Source: Hellea sp. (GTDB lineage Bacteria > Pseudomonadota > Alphaproteobacteria > Caulobacterales > Maricaulaceae). From it: 64,000 bases of DNA. Below the pieces are notes generated by a model that saw only the letters and a program-made list of their open reading frames with translations, made no database searches and had not been told where the DNA came from. Both the position numbers and the translations under genes were made by a program. The stretch covers positions 1,980 through 65,979 of the forward strand of contig JAHDDT010000002.1 in assembly GCA_020629195.1 (NCBI GenBank), read 5' to 3'. Below are positions 38,031 through 47,931 of this stretch, piece by piece. How positions within the stretch are numbered: the stretch's first letter is position 1; every line of letters begins with the position of its first letter.

Positions 38031-38527
38031 TTAGACGCGCATTTGTGACAGCCCTAACAGCTTTGGCGCTTATGGGGTGTGGCTCTCAAGCGGGAGATGT
38101 TGACGCGACATATTACTTGGTACGCCACGCAGAAAAAACGGCTGAAAAATTAGACCCTGCTCTAACGATAGCGGGACGAAAGCGCTCTGAGGATCTAGCA
38201 GCTAAATTGAACAAAGTGCCTTTAAGCGCAATTTACTCTAGTGATTATACGCGTACAAGGGATACGGCGGCGCCAACGGCAATTGCTAAAAATTTGGAGG
38301 TTATCATTTATAATCCACGTGATTTAGATGGCTTTGCAAAAGATCTTATGATGCTTAGCGGCGATATTTTAGTGGTAGGTCATTCCAATACGACGCCGCA
38401 ATTATCAGCTCTTTTAGGCGGCCCTGAAGGGGCACCGATTATTGAAGCCACAGAATATAACCGTCTTTATATTTTGCAAAGACGCGGCGCTGACGTCACA
38501 GGCCAAATAGAAACTTACGGGGATTAA
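38027..38527 (+). CDS. Histidine phosphatase (PGM/SixA-like) lipoprotein
   Basis: Lipobox LMGC; LVRHAEK, SSDYTRTRDTA, LVVGHSNT. Confidence 0.9.
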   Translation: MIRRAFVTALTALALMGCGSQAGDVDATYYLVRHAEKTAEKLDPALTIAGRKRSEDLAAKLNKVPLSAIYSSDYTRTRDTAAPTAIAKNLEVIIYNPRDLDGFAKDLMMLSGDILVVGHSNTTPQLSALLGGPEGAPIIEATEYNRLYILQRRGADVTGQIETYGD

Positions 38528-38532
38528 AGATA

Positions 38533-39366
38533 ATGGTTGATCAAAAACCTAACCCGCAAGAGCTCTATGAGTGGCAAAAGCCCAAGCCGCCTTTTCAATT
38601 TGGAAGATTGATGAGCCGCGCTTTTTCTGGGCTGTTTAAGAATTTAAAACCGATAATGCTTGTCATTTTACTAAGCCTCGTTGTTAGCTCTGTCATAAGT
38701 GCACCCATGTATTTTTTGGATACAACGGATCCTAATGCCATAATGCAAAGCCCCCTCTATTGGACAGTAACGGCTCTCTCCTCTGTTATAGGTTTTTTGT
38801 TCTTTATGTTTATCTGTATTTTTACAGATTATTTTGCCTTCGCTCATTTCACCAACAGAACAGTGGATTTTCGCCAAACCGCGCTAAAGTCAATCAAATA
38901 CACGATACCTGTTCTATTCATCGTTATTCTTTATTTTATTGCCAGCTATATCGGGATGATATTTTTGATTGTTCCAGGTGTGATTATTTCCGTGGGGTGG
39001 GCGGTGATTGGTCCTGCTTATCTGCATGAGGACACACCTCTTTTTGGAAGCTTTGGCCGATCTTGGGAACTCACGCGAGGCTATAAATGGTGGGTTTGGC
39101 TTGCGACGATTGTTATGGGTATAATTATGACACTCATATTTACAGCGGCAGTTTTACTTCTTTCCCTGACGGCTTTTTCAGGGTTCACTGAGACTGATAT
39201 CTCATCAGCCTTCACAGTCGGGGCCTTTTTTATGGGGCTTTTATTTAGCCTCTCTATGTACTTGGCTTTAGCCCTCTACGCGTCATTTACATCTGCGCTT
39301 TACACCGAATTGCGAGAGCTTAAAGAAGGCCCTCTGGCTGAGGAAATGAGCGCTGTTTTTGATTAG
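38533..39366 (+). CDS. Integral membrane protein (YciC / GDPD-membrane-domain-like)
   Basis: 6 TM segments; LIVPG, SFGRSWELTRG, Y.ELRELKEG. Confidence 0.75.
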   Translation: MVDQKPNPQELYEWQKPKPPFQFGRLMSRAFSGLFKNLKPIMLVILLSLVVSSVISAPMYFLDTTDPNAIMQSPLYWTVTALSSVIGFLFFMFICIFTDYFAFAHFTNRTVDFRQTALKSIKYTIPVLFIVILYFIASYIGMIFLIVPGVIISVGWAVIGPAYLHEDTPLFGSFGRSWELTRGYKWWVWLATIVMGIIMTLIFTAAVLLLSLTAFSGFTETDISSAFTVGAFFMGLLFSLSMYLALALYASFTSALYTELRELKEGPLAEEMSAVFD

Positions 39367-39782
39367 ACAACTGTCGCTTCGGACTTTATCCGCCCTATCA
39401 TAGCTTTAAGGCCGTTAGAGCGTTGCGGAGATAAATGTTCCTGCAGATCGAGTTCTCTTAATATTGCCGTGGCATCTAGTTCCCGAATTTTGGATGCTTT
39501 ACGATTTGAGAAAATTTGTAGGGCGACTGCGACAAGGCCTTTGACGATATGGGCATCACTGTCTCCTCGGAATGTGAGGACAGGATCATCGCCATTTGTT
39601 TTATCGCTTACAAGCCAGACTTGGCTAACACAGCCTTTGACTTTCGTGGCCTCATTCTTTTCCGCCTCGCTGAGAGGCGGCAGGGCTTTACCCATATCGA
39701 TGACGTGCATGTAGCGCTCTTCCCAATCACTTAGAAAGGCGAAATCATCAATCATGTCTTGGATGTCTTGCGGGTAGCTCAT
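39363..39782 (-). CDS. sufE: Fe-S cluster sulfur acceptor SufE
   Basis: WEERY..IDMG, VKGCVSQVW, GDSDAHIVKGL, LSPQRSNGL. Confidence 0.95.
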   Translation of the reverse strand: MSYPQDIQDMIDDFAFLSDWEERYMHVIDMGKALPPLSEAEKNEATKVKGCVSQVWLVSDKTNGDDPVLTFRGDSDAHIVKGLVAVALQIFSNRKASKIRELDATAILRELDLQEHLSPQRSNGLKAMIGRIKSEATVV

Positions 39783-39820
39783 GAGAGCTAATTAGGGAGC
39801 GCGAGGCTCCCTTGCAAGGG

Positions 39821-41437
39821 TCATTCGGCCGCGACACTCATTTCGGCCGCAGCATCCTCTTTAATCATATCAGACGCTTTTTCAGCAATCATAATGGTCG
39901 GGGCATTGGTATTGCCAGAGACAACATTTGGCATAATAGAGGCATCTACTACGCGTAGTCCCTCAATACCATGAACTTTCAGGCGGTCATCGACTACGGC
40001 CATATCGTCATGGCCCATTTTGCAAGTGCCCACGGGGTGATATTGCGTATCGGCACGCGCGCGTATATCGGCCTTTAGCTCTTCGGTATCTGTGCTGCCC
40101 GCAATATAATTCGGCTTGCCTTTGATGGTGTCAAAAGCCGGAGCTTCCAAGATTTGCGTCATAAGCTTTGCGCCCCGTACCAATGTGTCCATATCGCGCT
40201 CATCTTTGAGGAAGGCCGGATCAATGGCGGGCGGCGCTTCGGGATCTGCGGATTTCAGCCATAAGCCGCCGCGGCTCTTGGGGCGGAGCACACAGACATG
40301 GCAACTATAGCCATGACCCAAATTCAACTTTCGCCCATGATCATCGACCATCGCGCGAACCATTACGAGGGAGATGTCCGGTGACGGTTCAGAGCGGTCA
40401 GTGTAAAGAAATCCGCCGCTCTCTGCCAGATTTGAAGAGAACATACCCTTGCGGTTCTTCCGGTAGTTTATGATATCTTTGAGCGCGCGAAAAGAGCCCA
40501 TGAAAGAGAAGCCAAGATTATCCTTCAGCGGCGATTTATAAGAAATGACATAATCAATATGGTCTTGCAAATTTTCTCCGACGCCGGGGAGGTTGTGCGT
40601 TTGGGCAATACCGTGAGGCTCTAATTTGTCTTTAGGCCCAATACCGGAGAGGAGCATGAGTTGTGGTGAGCCAAAGGCCCCGCCCGAGAGGATAACTTCA
40701 CGCTTTGCCGTGATGGTTTGCGGCTTACCTTTAACTTTCACATCGACACTCACAGCGCGGCCATTTTCGATATTGACCTTTTGCGCCATGGCTTGCGTGA
40801 TGACGGTCAGGTTCTGGCGGTCCATATGATCGTCTAAAAAGGCGCGGGCCGTGTTCCAGCGCTCACCATTTTTATGGGTGACCTCATACATGCCAAGTCC
40901 CTCTTGCTGCTCACCGTTAAAGTCATCGGTAAAAGGCATTTGGTTCTGACGGCCGGCTTCAAAAAAGGCGTCATTGACCGCGCCGGGACTGCGGAGCTGT
41001 GCGACATTAAGCGGCCCACCTTGACCATGATACGCATCGGCTCCAGCTTCGCGGTGCTCGCTCTTTTTGAAATAGGGGAGCACATCTTTATAGGACCAGC
41101 CTTTATTCCCAAGGCGCGCCCATTCATCATAATCCGCCTTATGACCGCGAATATAAATCATGGCGTTGATGCTGGAAGAGCCGCCAAGAACCTTGCCGCG
41201 CGGTTGATAGCCCTTGCGCCCGTTTAGTCCCTCTTGCGGTTCTGTTTCAAAACGCCAATTACGTTTGCCCAGCACCATATTCCAAATGGTGACGCCGGGT
41301 GTGAAAACGCTCCAATGTTTATGTGTGCCGCCTGCTTCTAAGAGACAAACGGAGACATTAGGATCTTCTGAAAGACGGCTCGCTAAGACGCAACCTGCTG
41401 AGCCTGCGCCGACAATAACATAATCAAAACTGTCCAT
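39821..41437 (-). CDS. GMC oxidoreductase (AlkJ/choline-dehydrogenase-like)
   Basis: [45 protein letters not shown]. Confidence 0.95.
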   Translation of the reverse strand: MDSFDYVIVGAGSAGCVLASRLSEDPNVSVCLLEAGGTHKHWSVFTPGVTIWNMVLGKRNWRFETEPQEGLNGRKGYQPRGKVLGGSSSINAMIYIRGHKADYDEWARLGNKGWSYKDVLPYFKKSEHREAGADAYHGQGGPLNVAQLRSPGAVNDAFFEAGRQNQMPFTDDFNGEQQEGLGMYEVTHKNGERWNTARAFLDDHMDRQNLTVITQAMAQKVNIENGRAVSVDVKVKGKPQTITAKREVILSGGAFGSPQLMLLSGIGPKDKLEPHGIAQTHNLPGVGENLQDHIDYVISYKSPLKDNLGFSFMGSFRALKDIINYRKNRKGMFSSNLAESGGFLYTDRSEPSPDISLVMVRAMVDDHGRKLNLGHGYSCHVCVLRPKSRGGLWLKSADPEAPPAIDPAFLKDERDMDTLVRGAKLMTQILEAPAFDTIKGKPNYIAGSTDTEELKADIRARADTQYHPVGTCKMGHDDMAVVDDRLKVHGIEGLRVVDASIMPNVVSGNTNAPTIMIAEKASDMIKEDAAAEMSVAAE

Positions 41438-41449
41438 AGTCTTACCCCC

Positions 41450-42895
41450 TTAAAGAATTTTCTTCATTAATCCGAGCATCTTGCGGGTCTTATCCGTATA
41501 GGGCGGGAAGAGGTTTTTGCCTTGGCTGAAACGGCTCTGCGTAAAGACGCCTTTCATATGAGAGAAGGTCTCAAAGCCATGTTCACCATGATAAGCACCC
41601 ATGCCAGATGGACCAACGCCGCCAAAGGGAATGTCTTCCTGCACGACATGCCAAGCCGTTTCGTTGATCGATACCCCGCCTGAGATTGTTTCATTCAAAA
41701 CTTTTTCGCGCTTGGCTTTATCTTCGCCGAACCAATAGAGGGCTAGGGGGCGCTCATGGCTTTGAACATATTGCATAGAGTCTTCCAGCGTTTCTGATGC
41801 GACAACTGGCAGGAGAGGGCCAAAGATTTCTTCCTGCATGATTTTCATATCTGGTGTCGTTTCCGTCACAACCGTCAAAGGCACGCGGCGCTCTTTGGCG
41901 AGCTGCTGCTTATCATCATCGCCGGCTACGCGGATGCGAGCGCCTTTATTTTCGGCATCTTCAAGAAGGTCTTGCAGCCGGGCATAATGACTATCTGCAA
42001 TGATGGATGTGTAATCTTTATTACCTGCAAAGGTCGGATAAAACTCTTCAGCCTTTTCAATAATGGCATCAGAAAAACTATTTATTTTTTCCGATGGCAT
42101 CAAAACATAATCCGGCGCAACGCAGGTTTGGCCAGCATTGAGAAGCTTCCCATTTGCGATACGCGCAACGGCGGTGTCCATATTTGCGCTTTCATCAATA
42201 ATCGTCGGAGATTTACCGCCCAGTTCAAGCGTGCAGGGGACAAGATTTTTGGCGGCGGCTGCCGCAACAATTTTCCCAACTGAGGTCGAGCCTGTAAAAA
42301 TCATGTGATCAAATGGTAAAGCGGAAAACGCCGAGGCAACTTTCACGCCCCCTGTGGCGACATAGACTTCATCTTCGGTGAAAATTGTTCCTAAGACGCG
42401 CTTTAAAAGATCGGACAGACGAGGTGTATATTCGCTGGGTTTTATCATGGCGCGATTCCCTGCACCCAAAGCCCCGATTAAAGGCATAACAGCGAGTTGT
42501 AGGGGGTAATTCCAAGGGCTGATAATGCCAATGACGCCTAATGGCTGCGGAATGATGCGGTTACTTGCAGGTTTATATTGCAGGGCTGTAGGTGCGCGGC
42601 GGGCCCGCATCCAATGTTTGGTGTGTTTCAACGCATGACTTATCCCGCCTTGAATGACGAGCATTTCTGCGATTGTGGTCTCTTCATAGGCGCGATTGCC
42701 AAAGTCTTCGGAAATGGCTTTTTGAAATTCAGCCTCATGATCAGCGATAGCTTTGCCGAGCTTTTGGAGATTTGCTTTACGCTCGCTCCAAGGCGGGTTT
42801 GGTCTCGCGTTAAAAGCCGCTTTTTGTTTGGCTAATACGACGTCTAAATCTGCGCCAGAGCCCGCCTCTTTTTCTTTTAAATCAATTCTGACCAT
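41450..42895 (-). CDS. Aldehyde dehydrogenase (coniferyl/fatty aldehyde, CalB/AlkH-like)
   Basis: PWNYP, FTGST, LELGGKSP, NAGQTCVAPDY, EEIFGP. Confidence 0.93.
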   Translation of the reverse strand: MVRIDLKEKEAGSGADLDVVLAKQKAAFNARPNPPWSERKANLQKLGKAIADHEAEFQKAISEDFGNRAYEETTIAEMLVIQGGISHALKHTKHWMRARRAPTALQYKPASNRIIPQPLGVIGIISPWNYPLQLAVMPLIGALGAGNRAMIKPSEYTPRLSDLLKRVLGTIFTEDEVYVATGGVKVASAFSALPFDHMIFTGSTSVGKIVAAAAAKNLVPCTLELGGKSPTIIDESANMDTAVARIANGKLLNAGQTCVAPDYVLMPSEKINSFSDAIIEKAEEFYPTFAGNKDYTSIIADSHYARLQDLLEDAENKGARIRVAGDDDKQQLAKERRVPLTVVTETTPDMKIMQEEIFGPLLPVVASETLEDSMQYVQSHERPLALYWFGEDKAKREKVLNETISGGVSINETAWHVVQEDIPFGGVGPSGMGAYHGEHGFETFSHMKGVFTQSRFSQGKNLFPPYTDKTRKMLGLMKKIL

Positions 42896-42940
42896 GTCCT
42901 CACCCTTATAGTTTATTCTTGTTATCTACATTTATAGCAT

Positions 42941-42967
42941 AAAAAAGGCGCGAATAAAATCGCGCCT
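42941..42967 (-). terminator. Rho-independent terminator after the TonB receptor
   Basis: aggcgcga/tcgcgcct stem with an A run on + strand (U tail on minus). Confidence 0.8.
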
Positions 42968-42987
42968 CTTAAAGTATTTAATTTAGC

Positions 42988-45543
42988 CTAGAATGTCTTC
43001 CGAGCTGTTACGCCATAAAATCTTGGGTCCTGTACGAAAGCAGAACGTGAACCGCTACGCAGTGTGGTGTTAAAAGTAACACCGCGTGTGATTTCGTTTG
43101 TTAGGTTTGTCGCCCAAGCCTCTAGTCCCCAACCATGAGCTTCATTACCGATACCGGCGCGAAGATTTATCTTGGTGTTAGCTTCTTGAACATCAAACGG
43201 AACTGCAACGCCTGTAGTTGGGCTGAATGCTTGTGTGGATGTACGGCGGTCACTTTCATAACGCACTGACCCATTTAAGAAGAATGTGTAGTCACCACCA
43301 AGGCTTCCATCATAAGTGGCTCCAATGATACCGACGGTCTTGGGTGCATTTGTCAGAGTATTTCCGCAAAGCGACGTTACGTTGGCAGCAGTTTGGTTTC
43401 CTGCGCAGTCATCTGGATACTCTGCATTAAGGAGTGTCAGGCCACCATTTAGAGTGATGTTATCAGTCGGTCTTAATACGGACTCGATTTCAACACCCTT
43501 TGTTTGCGCTTTAGGAACGTTAAAGGTTTCAAAGCGTGCGCCTGTGAACTCTAGAACTTGGAAATTGTCAAATTTCTCAAGGAAGGCGGCAACATTTAAT
43601 GTCATCATGCCGTCCAGTAATTTCGATTTCATACCAATTTCGTAAGCATCAACTTCTTCCGAGGCAAAGCGTGGGTCAGCTCCGCCAATTGCTGCTGTTG
43701 AATCCAGGTTGAATCCGCCTGACTTATAACCATGGGTGAAGCTGGCATATGTCGAGATGTCATCATTGACTTCGTATCCGAGCTTACCTGTGTAGATAAG
43801 CTCATCATCTTTAAAGGTGTCGTCAAATGTTCGCGGTAAAGGTAGGGGCGACGCGAATGCAAGCGGATGATCCGCGGGCGCGAGGAATGGGAAGCAACCC
43901 AGAACCGTCAGATTACCTGTCAAAGCGGCTGGTAAAGACCCATAGCCACCTGTGGCACCGTTAAAGCCCGCTAATTGCGCAGTACATGACGCATAATTCG
44001 CTTGAGGTTGAGAAAAACTACCATCTTTAGACTCATCAGAATAGCGCAGGCCGATTGTTACGTCCAATTTATCCGTAATATCAAAGATATTATGAGTAAA
44101 GATTGACCAACTCGTACTGTCTTGTGTGTACAAGTTCTGTGTTCTGGCCTCTGCAGGGTTTTGACCGCCTGATATGAATGGCAGAGTGCCACCAAGTCCA
44201 AGGATAGGTGCGCTTGGGAAACTTCCGCCTGTACCTGCAAGCAACAGGGCATCTGAGAAGGCGCTATAATTCGTTCCTAAGCCAAAATTGACGGCCTGTT
44301 TTATGTCCTCTTCGGCATAGAAACCGCCGACTAACCAGCTAAGTCTGTCATCCATGGCGTTGCCTTGAAAACGAAGCTCATGGGTCATTGTATTAATTTC
44401 AGTGCCTCCTGGAGGTAGCCCACTATTTGCAGGACCTACATTAAATAGGTCCAGTCCTGAGAAGGCAGAGTCGTAAACTTCAGTCGCATCATATTCACGA
44501 TAAGAACCAATATAGATGGCATCAACATCATCATTGATAGCATATTCAACTTCAGCGGTAAGGCCCGTTTGTTTACTAGAGGGGTTCGGAACTTGGACGG
44601 ATGTCGCGATACGGTCATCGACAGCGGCTTGTGCGCCGTCAAAATCGGTTGCGCTGGTTGCAACATTTGGTGCAGCCATCCCGCCGCGAGCGCCAAGGCC
44701 CACAAGCCCAAATATGCCGCCAGCTTCTACAGGAGATCTCAGGACCTCAAGCGCCGAGCAGCAGACTGAGTCGCTATTGGAATGATCAATAATTACGCGG
44801 CCTTTCCAGTTTTCTTCGCCTTGGAAGCCGATTTGCCCGCGAAGGTAATATTGATCTACGGAATTTGACTCACCGAGTTTATTTCCCCCTGCATCAATAA
44901 TATCGACATAACCATCTCGCTTACGAATAGCGCCCGTCAGGCGGGCTGCGACTTGACCTTCGGCCAATGGAATATTGACAGCGCCTTGCAGGCTCTTGTG
45001 ATCGTAATTACCATAAGTGGCGTTTATGAAGCCGCCGGCTTCATCAAGATCAGGTCGTACATTTGTGATATTCAAGGCACCGGCAGATGTATTTCGGCCA
45101 AAAAGCGTGCCTTGAGGGCCGCGAAGGACTTCGACGCGCTCGACATCTACAAATTCACCAAGCGCCACACCTGGACGTGATTGATATGCGCCGTCAACAA
45201 AAATACCTACGGCAGACTCGAAACCAATATTGTTAGAGGTTGTACCCACACCACGAATTCTAAGAACGACCGAGCCTGATGCAATTTGTGCATTTGATGA
45301 GGCAAAACTTGGCGCAACATTGGACAGGTTTTGGATATTAAGAACACCTTGTTTCTCAAGGTCCTCGGGCAGTATAGCTGTCACCGCGATTGGAATATCT
45401 TGAATGCTTTCAGCACGGCGTGTAGCCGTCACAATGACTTCGTCATCGACTGTGTTAGATTGAGCGATTGCAATCTCTGGCACAGTCATGGCTGAACTGG
45501 CCAATAAACAAGCGGATATTACCTTAAAGTTTTTCATGAACAT
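42988..45543 (-). CDS. TonB-dependent receptor
   Basis: TonB box DEVIVTATRR, plug VERVEVLRGPQGTLFGRNTSAG, C-terminal PRFYGVTARKTF. Confidence 0.96.
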   Translation of the reverse strand: MFMKNFKVISACLLASSAMTVPEIAIAQSNTVDDEVIVTATRRAESIQDIPIAVTAILPEDLEKQGVLNIQNLSNVAPSFASSNAQIASGSVVLRIRGVGTTSNNIGFESAVGIFVDGAYQSRPGVALGEFVDVERVEVLRGPQGTLFGRNTSAGALNITNVRPDLDEAGGFINATYGNYDHKSLQGAVNIPLAEGQVAARLTGAIRKRDGYVDIIDAGGNKLGESNSVDQYYLRGQIGFQGEENWKGRVIIDHSNSDSVCCSALEVLRSPVEAGGIFGLVGLGARGGMAAPNVATSATDFDGAQAAVDDRIATSVQVPNPSSKQTGLTAEVEYAINDDVDAIYIGSYREYDATEVYDSAFSGLDLFNVGPANSGLPPGGTEINTMTHELRFQGNAMDDRLSWLVGGFYAEEDIKQAVNFGLGTNYSAFSDALLLAGTGGSFPSAPILGLGGTLPFISGGQNPAEARTQNLYTQDSTSWSIFTHNIFDITDKLDVTIGLRYSDESKDGSFSQPQANYASCTAQLAGFNGATGGYGSLPAALTGNLTVLGCFPFLAPADHPLAFASPLPLPRTFDDTFKDDELIYTGKLGYEVNDDISTYASFTHGYKSGGFNLDSTAAIGGADPRFASEEVDAYEIGMKSKLLDGMMTLNVAAFLEKFDNFQVLEFTGARFETFNVPKAQTKGVEIESVLRPTDNITLNGGLTLLNAEYPDDCAGNQTAANVTSLCGNTLTNAPKTVGIIGATYDGSLGGDYTFFLNGSVRYESDRRTSTQAFSPTTGVAVPFDVQEANTKINLRAGIGNEAHGWGLEAWATNLTNEITRGVTFNTTLRSGSRSAFVQDPRFYGVTARKTF

Positions 45544-45688
45544 CTCCCCGATGCGTTATTGTGTTTAGACGACGCTTTTGCGCTCTGTCATTACTGGGAA
45601 ATAATCACATATTCATGGCTTTGCCAAATAGATAATAGGCAATTTGTTGCATATGTTTAAAGCCGAGGCTTTTTAGCAACAGTTATGT

Positions 45689-46810
45689 TTAAGAACAGGC
45701 GCTGCTTTTCACGGCTTGAAGCATGGCTTTGGCACGACCAGAGACACTGTCTTCACAGGCTGCGATCTGCGTGTAGCGTCGGCGAAGCTTACCAGGAGCA
45801 TCGCCAAGAGCTTTTTGTCCGAAAATTTCGGCTTTGCCGTAGAGATTAGACAGGGCTGCAGCGGGGCCCTGAGCGGCTATGAAACCTGAGCCTACATATA
45901 CGGGATCAGTCGCGTAATGACGCTTATAACCATCAGTGCCAACACCAAGATCAATGCGTTTATAGGCAAGGCTGTCAGACGCATCGATAAGACCTTCAAG
46001 TAATTGTATGCCCGGAGCGTAGCTGTGAAGCTCTCCATCATAGGCGACAATCCAGCTATGGAAAGTTGTTCCATCTGATAACCCTAAGTCAATGGCAGCT
46101 AAGCGCTCTCCGAAATATAGTGCCTGCATGTCACAGGTGAGATAGTCATTATGGGATGCCCAAAGTCGTTCTAAAAGTTCCATCGTCCAGCCCGCGGATA
46201 AGACGTCATATTTGCCTGTTTCCGCAAATTTTTGTTTCTTCCAACTTATAAGCTGCTCAAAGACGTTTTTGTCATGGGATTTCCAAACAAATCGGGGCTC
46301 TCCAATGTCTTCACTAGCTTTGCGAATGCGGCGGCGATTACTTTTCAGGTGACGGCGATAGCTACCATCCCGCTCAAGACGCCAGGCCTCAGCCCCGTTT
46401 TTCAGGCTGAGCATAACTCCATCCTCTTTGGCCTGAAATTGAGAATCCATCTGTGAGTTTACGATGGCGCTAAAATGAAAAGCGCCTATGCCAGCTTCTT
46501 TCAAAACCTCAACAGTATCAAATTGAGAATTTTCTTTGCATATAAAGCCATGATAATCTGTCATAGGGGCACCAACAGGCCGTGCGAAACGCTCACCCTG
46601 ATAAGGCAAAAAGCCCACGGGCGATCCGCTTTCATAAAGACAGGCAATAAAAACGTCGTCACGAAGCTCAGAGATTAATGCGGTATATTCGAGGTGGAAA
46701 TAGGGGCTATAGATCTGAGGGTTATTAACGTGAAATGCAGCCCAAGCCATGCGATCAGTTTCGCTAAGCTCCGAGGCTCTTTTGACCTGAATATCTAAAC
46801 TTTGTCCCAC
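45689..46810 (-). CDS. GNAT acyltransferase, CelD/BcsL (HfsK-like) family
   Basis: SPYFH.EY, PVGAPMTDYHG, YAPGIQLL, IDLGVG..GYK; start placed at GTG 46810 to avoid overlap with the CDF gene. Confidence 0.8.
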   Translation of the reverse strand: MGQSLDIQVKRASELSETDRMAWAAFHVNNPQIYSPYFHLEYTALISELRDDVFIACLYESGSPVGFLPYQGERFARPVGAPMTDYHGFICKENSQFDTVEVLKEAGIGAFHFSAIVNSQMDSQFQAKEDGVMLSLKNGAEAWRLERDGSYRRHLKSNRRRIRKASEDIGEPRFVWKSHDKNVFEQLISWKKQKFAETGKYDVLSAGWTMELLERLWASHNDYLTCDMQALYFGERLAAIDLGLSDGTTFHSWIVAYDGELHSYAPGIQLLEGLIDASDSLAYKRIDLGVGTDGYKRHYATDPVYVGSGFIAAQGPAAALSNLYGKAEIFGQKALGDAPGKLRRRYTQIAACEDSVSGRAKAMLQAVKSSACS

Positions 46811-46860
46811 GTCTAAAAGACCCTTTACGCTTAAGTGGTGTAAAGAGTAGCAAAAAAGAG

Positions 46861-46875
46861 TTAGAAACCGCTTAA
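46861..46875 (-). promoter_or_regulatory. CtrA-like box upstream of the GNAT gene
   Basis: Minus strand TTAA-GCGGTTT-CTAA. Confidence 0.5.
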
Positions 46876-46918
46876 GATTGCGCATTGCGCACTCATAAAT
46901 GGGCCCTATTATCGCCAT

Positions 46919-47827
46919 ATGGGACTTCACCATCATCACGGTCATTCACACGGACACAGCCGCCACGGCCATTCTCATACGGGGGAGAATAACCTTACGC
47001 GCGTAGGAATTGCGGCGCTTTTTACTGGTCTTTTCATGCTAGCTGAAATAGCCGGCGGCTTGATTTCAGGATCTTTAGCCTTACTCGCAGATGCAGGTCA
47101 TATGATGACTGATTTTGTGGCATTGTCCATGGCTTGGATCGCTTTCACTCTCGCGAAACGCCCTGCTAATTGGAAACATACCTTTGGCTATGATCGCTTC
47201 ACGATTTTAGCGGCTTTTGTAAACGGATTGACACTCTTTCTGATTGCGATTTGGATACTATGGGAAGCGGTTATCCGCCTAAGAAGTCCCGGAGATATAT
47301 TGGCTGGACCCATGCTCTGGGTCGCGATAGGGGGCTTGGTTGTAAACTTGCTCGTATTTAAAATTCTGATGGGCGCAGATCAAGAAAATTTAAATATTCG
47401 CGGTGCTGTGCTGCATGTTCTGGGGGATTTGCTCGGGTCAGTAGCGGCCATTATCGCTGCGCTCGTCATTATGAAAACAGGGTGGACACCTATTGACCCT
47501 ATTCTCTCCGTGTTAGTGGCAGCCCTTATTTTGAGAAGCGCTTGGTTTCTTGTCAAAGATAGCGCGCATATTTTGCTTGAAGGCGCACCTTCTCATATTG
47601 ACCGCCGCGCTATTCGAGAGGATTTGCCAGCGAATATAGAAGGCCTGATATCAGTTGACCATATTCACGCTTGGTCCATCACGCCCGAACGCCCCATGTT
47701 GACGTTAGAAGCGCTTGCCACTGAGGATGCCAATATAGAAGTTATAAGCAGAGCTATAAAAGCACGTCTTGAATCCGAGTTTCATATTGAACATGCGACA
47801 GTCGATGTTGGGCGTCAATCCTCGTAA
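46919..47827 (+). CDS. Cation diffusion facilitator (ZitB/CzcD-like Zn/Co/Cd exporter)
   Basis: His-rich N-terminus, SLALLADAGHMMTD, NIRGAVLHVLGD, HIHAWS. Confidence 0.93.
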   Translation: MGLHHHHGHSHGHSRHGHSHTGENNLTRVGIAALFTGLFMLAEIAGGLISGSLALLADAGHMMTDFVALSMAWIAFTLAKRPANWKHTFGYDRFTILAAFVNGLTLFLIAIWILWEAVIRLRSPGDILAGPMLWVAIGGLVVNLLVFKILMGADQENLNIRGAVLHVLGDLLGSVAAIIAALVIMKTGWTPIDPILSVLVAALILRSAWFLVKDSAHILLEGAPSHIDRRAIREDLPANIEGLISVDHIHAWSITPERPMLTLEALATEDANIEVISRAIKARLESEFHIEHATVDVGRQSS

Positions 47828-47849
47828 GAAATAGCAGAAATCGTAAGGA

Positions 47850-47864
47850 TTACCCTAGGCTTAA
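47850..47864. promoter_or_regulatory. CtrA-like box upstream of the DUF2793 gene
   Basis: TTAC-CCTAGGC-TTAA. Confidence 0.4.
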
Positions 47865-47931
47865 AGAGATAAATTCTTGATGCTGAATATGCCCTTATTG
47901 TTTAGGCATAATAAATTTGTCAGGACAATTC

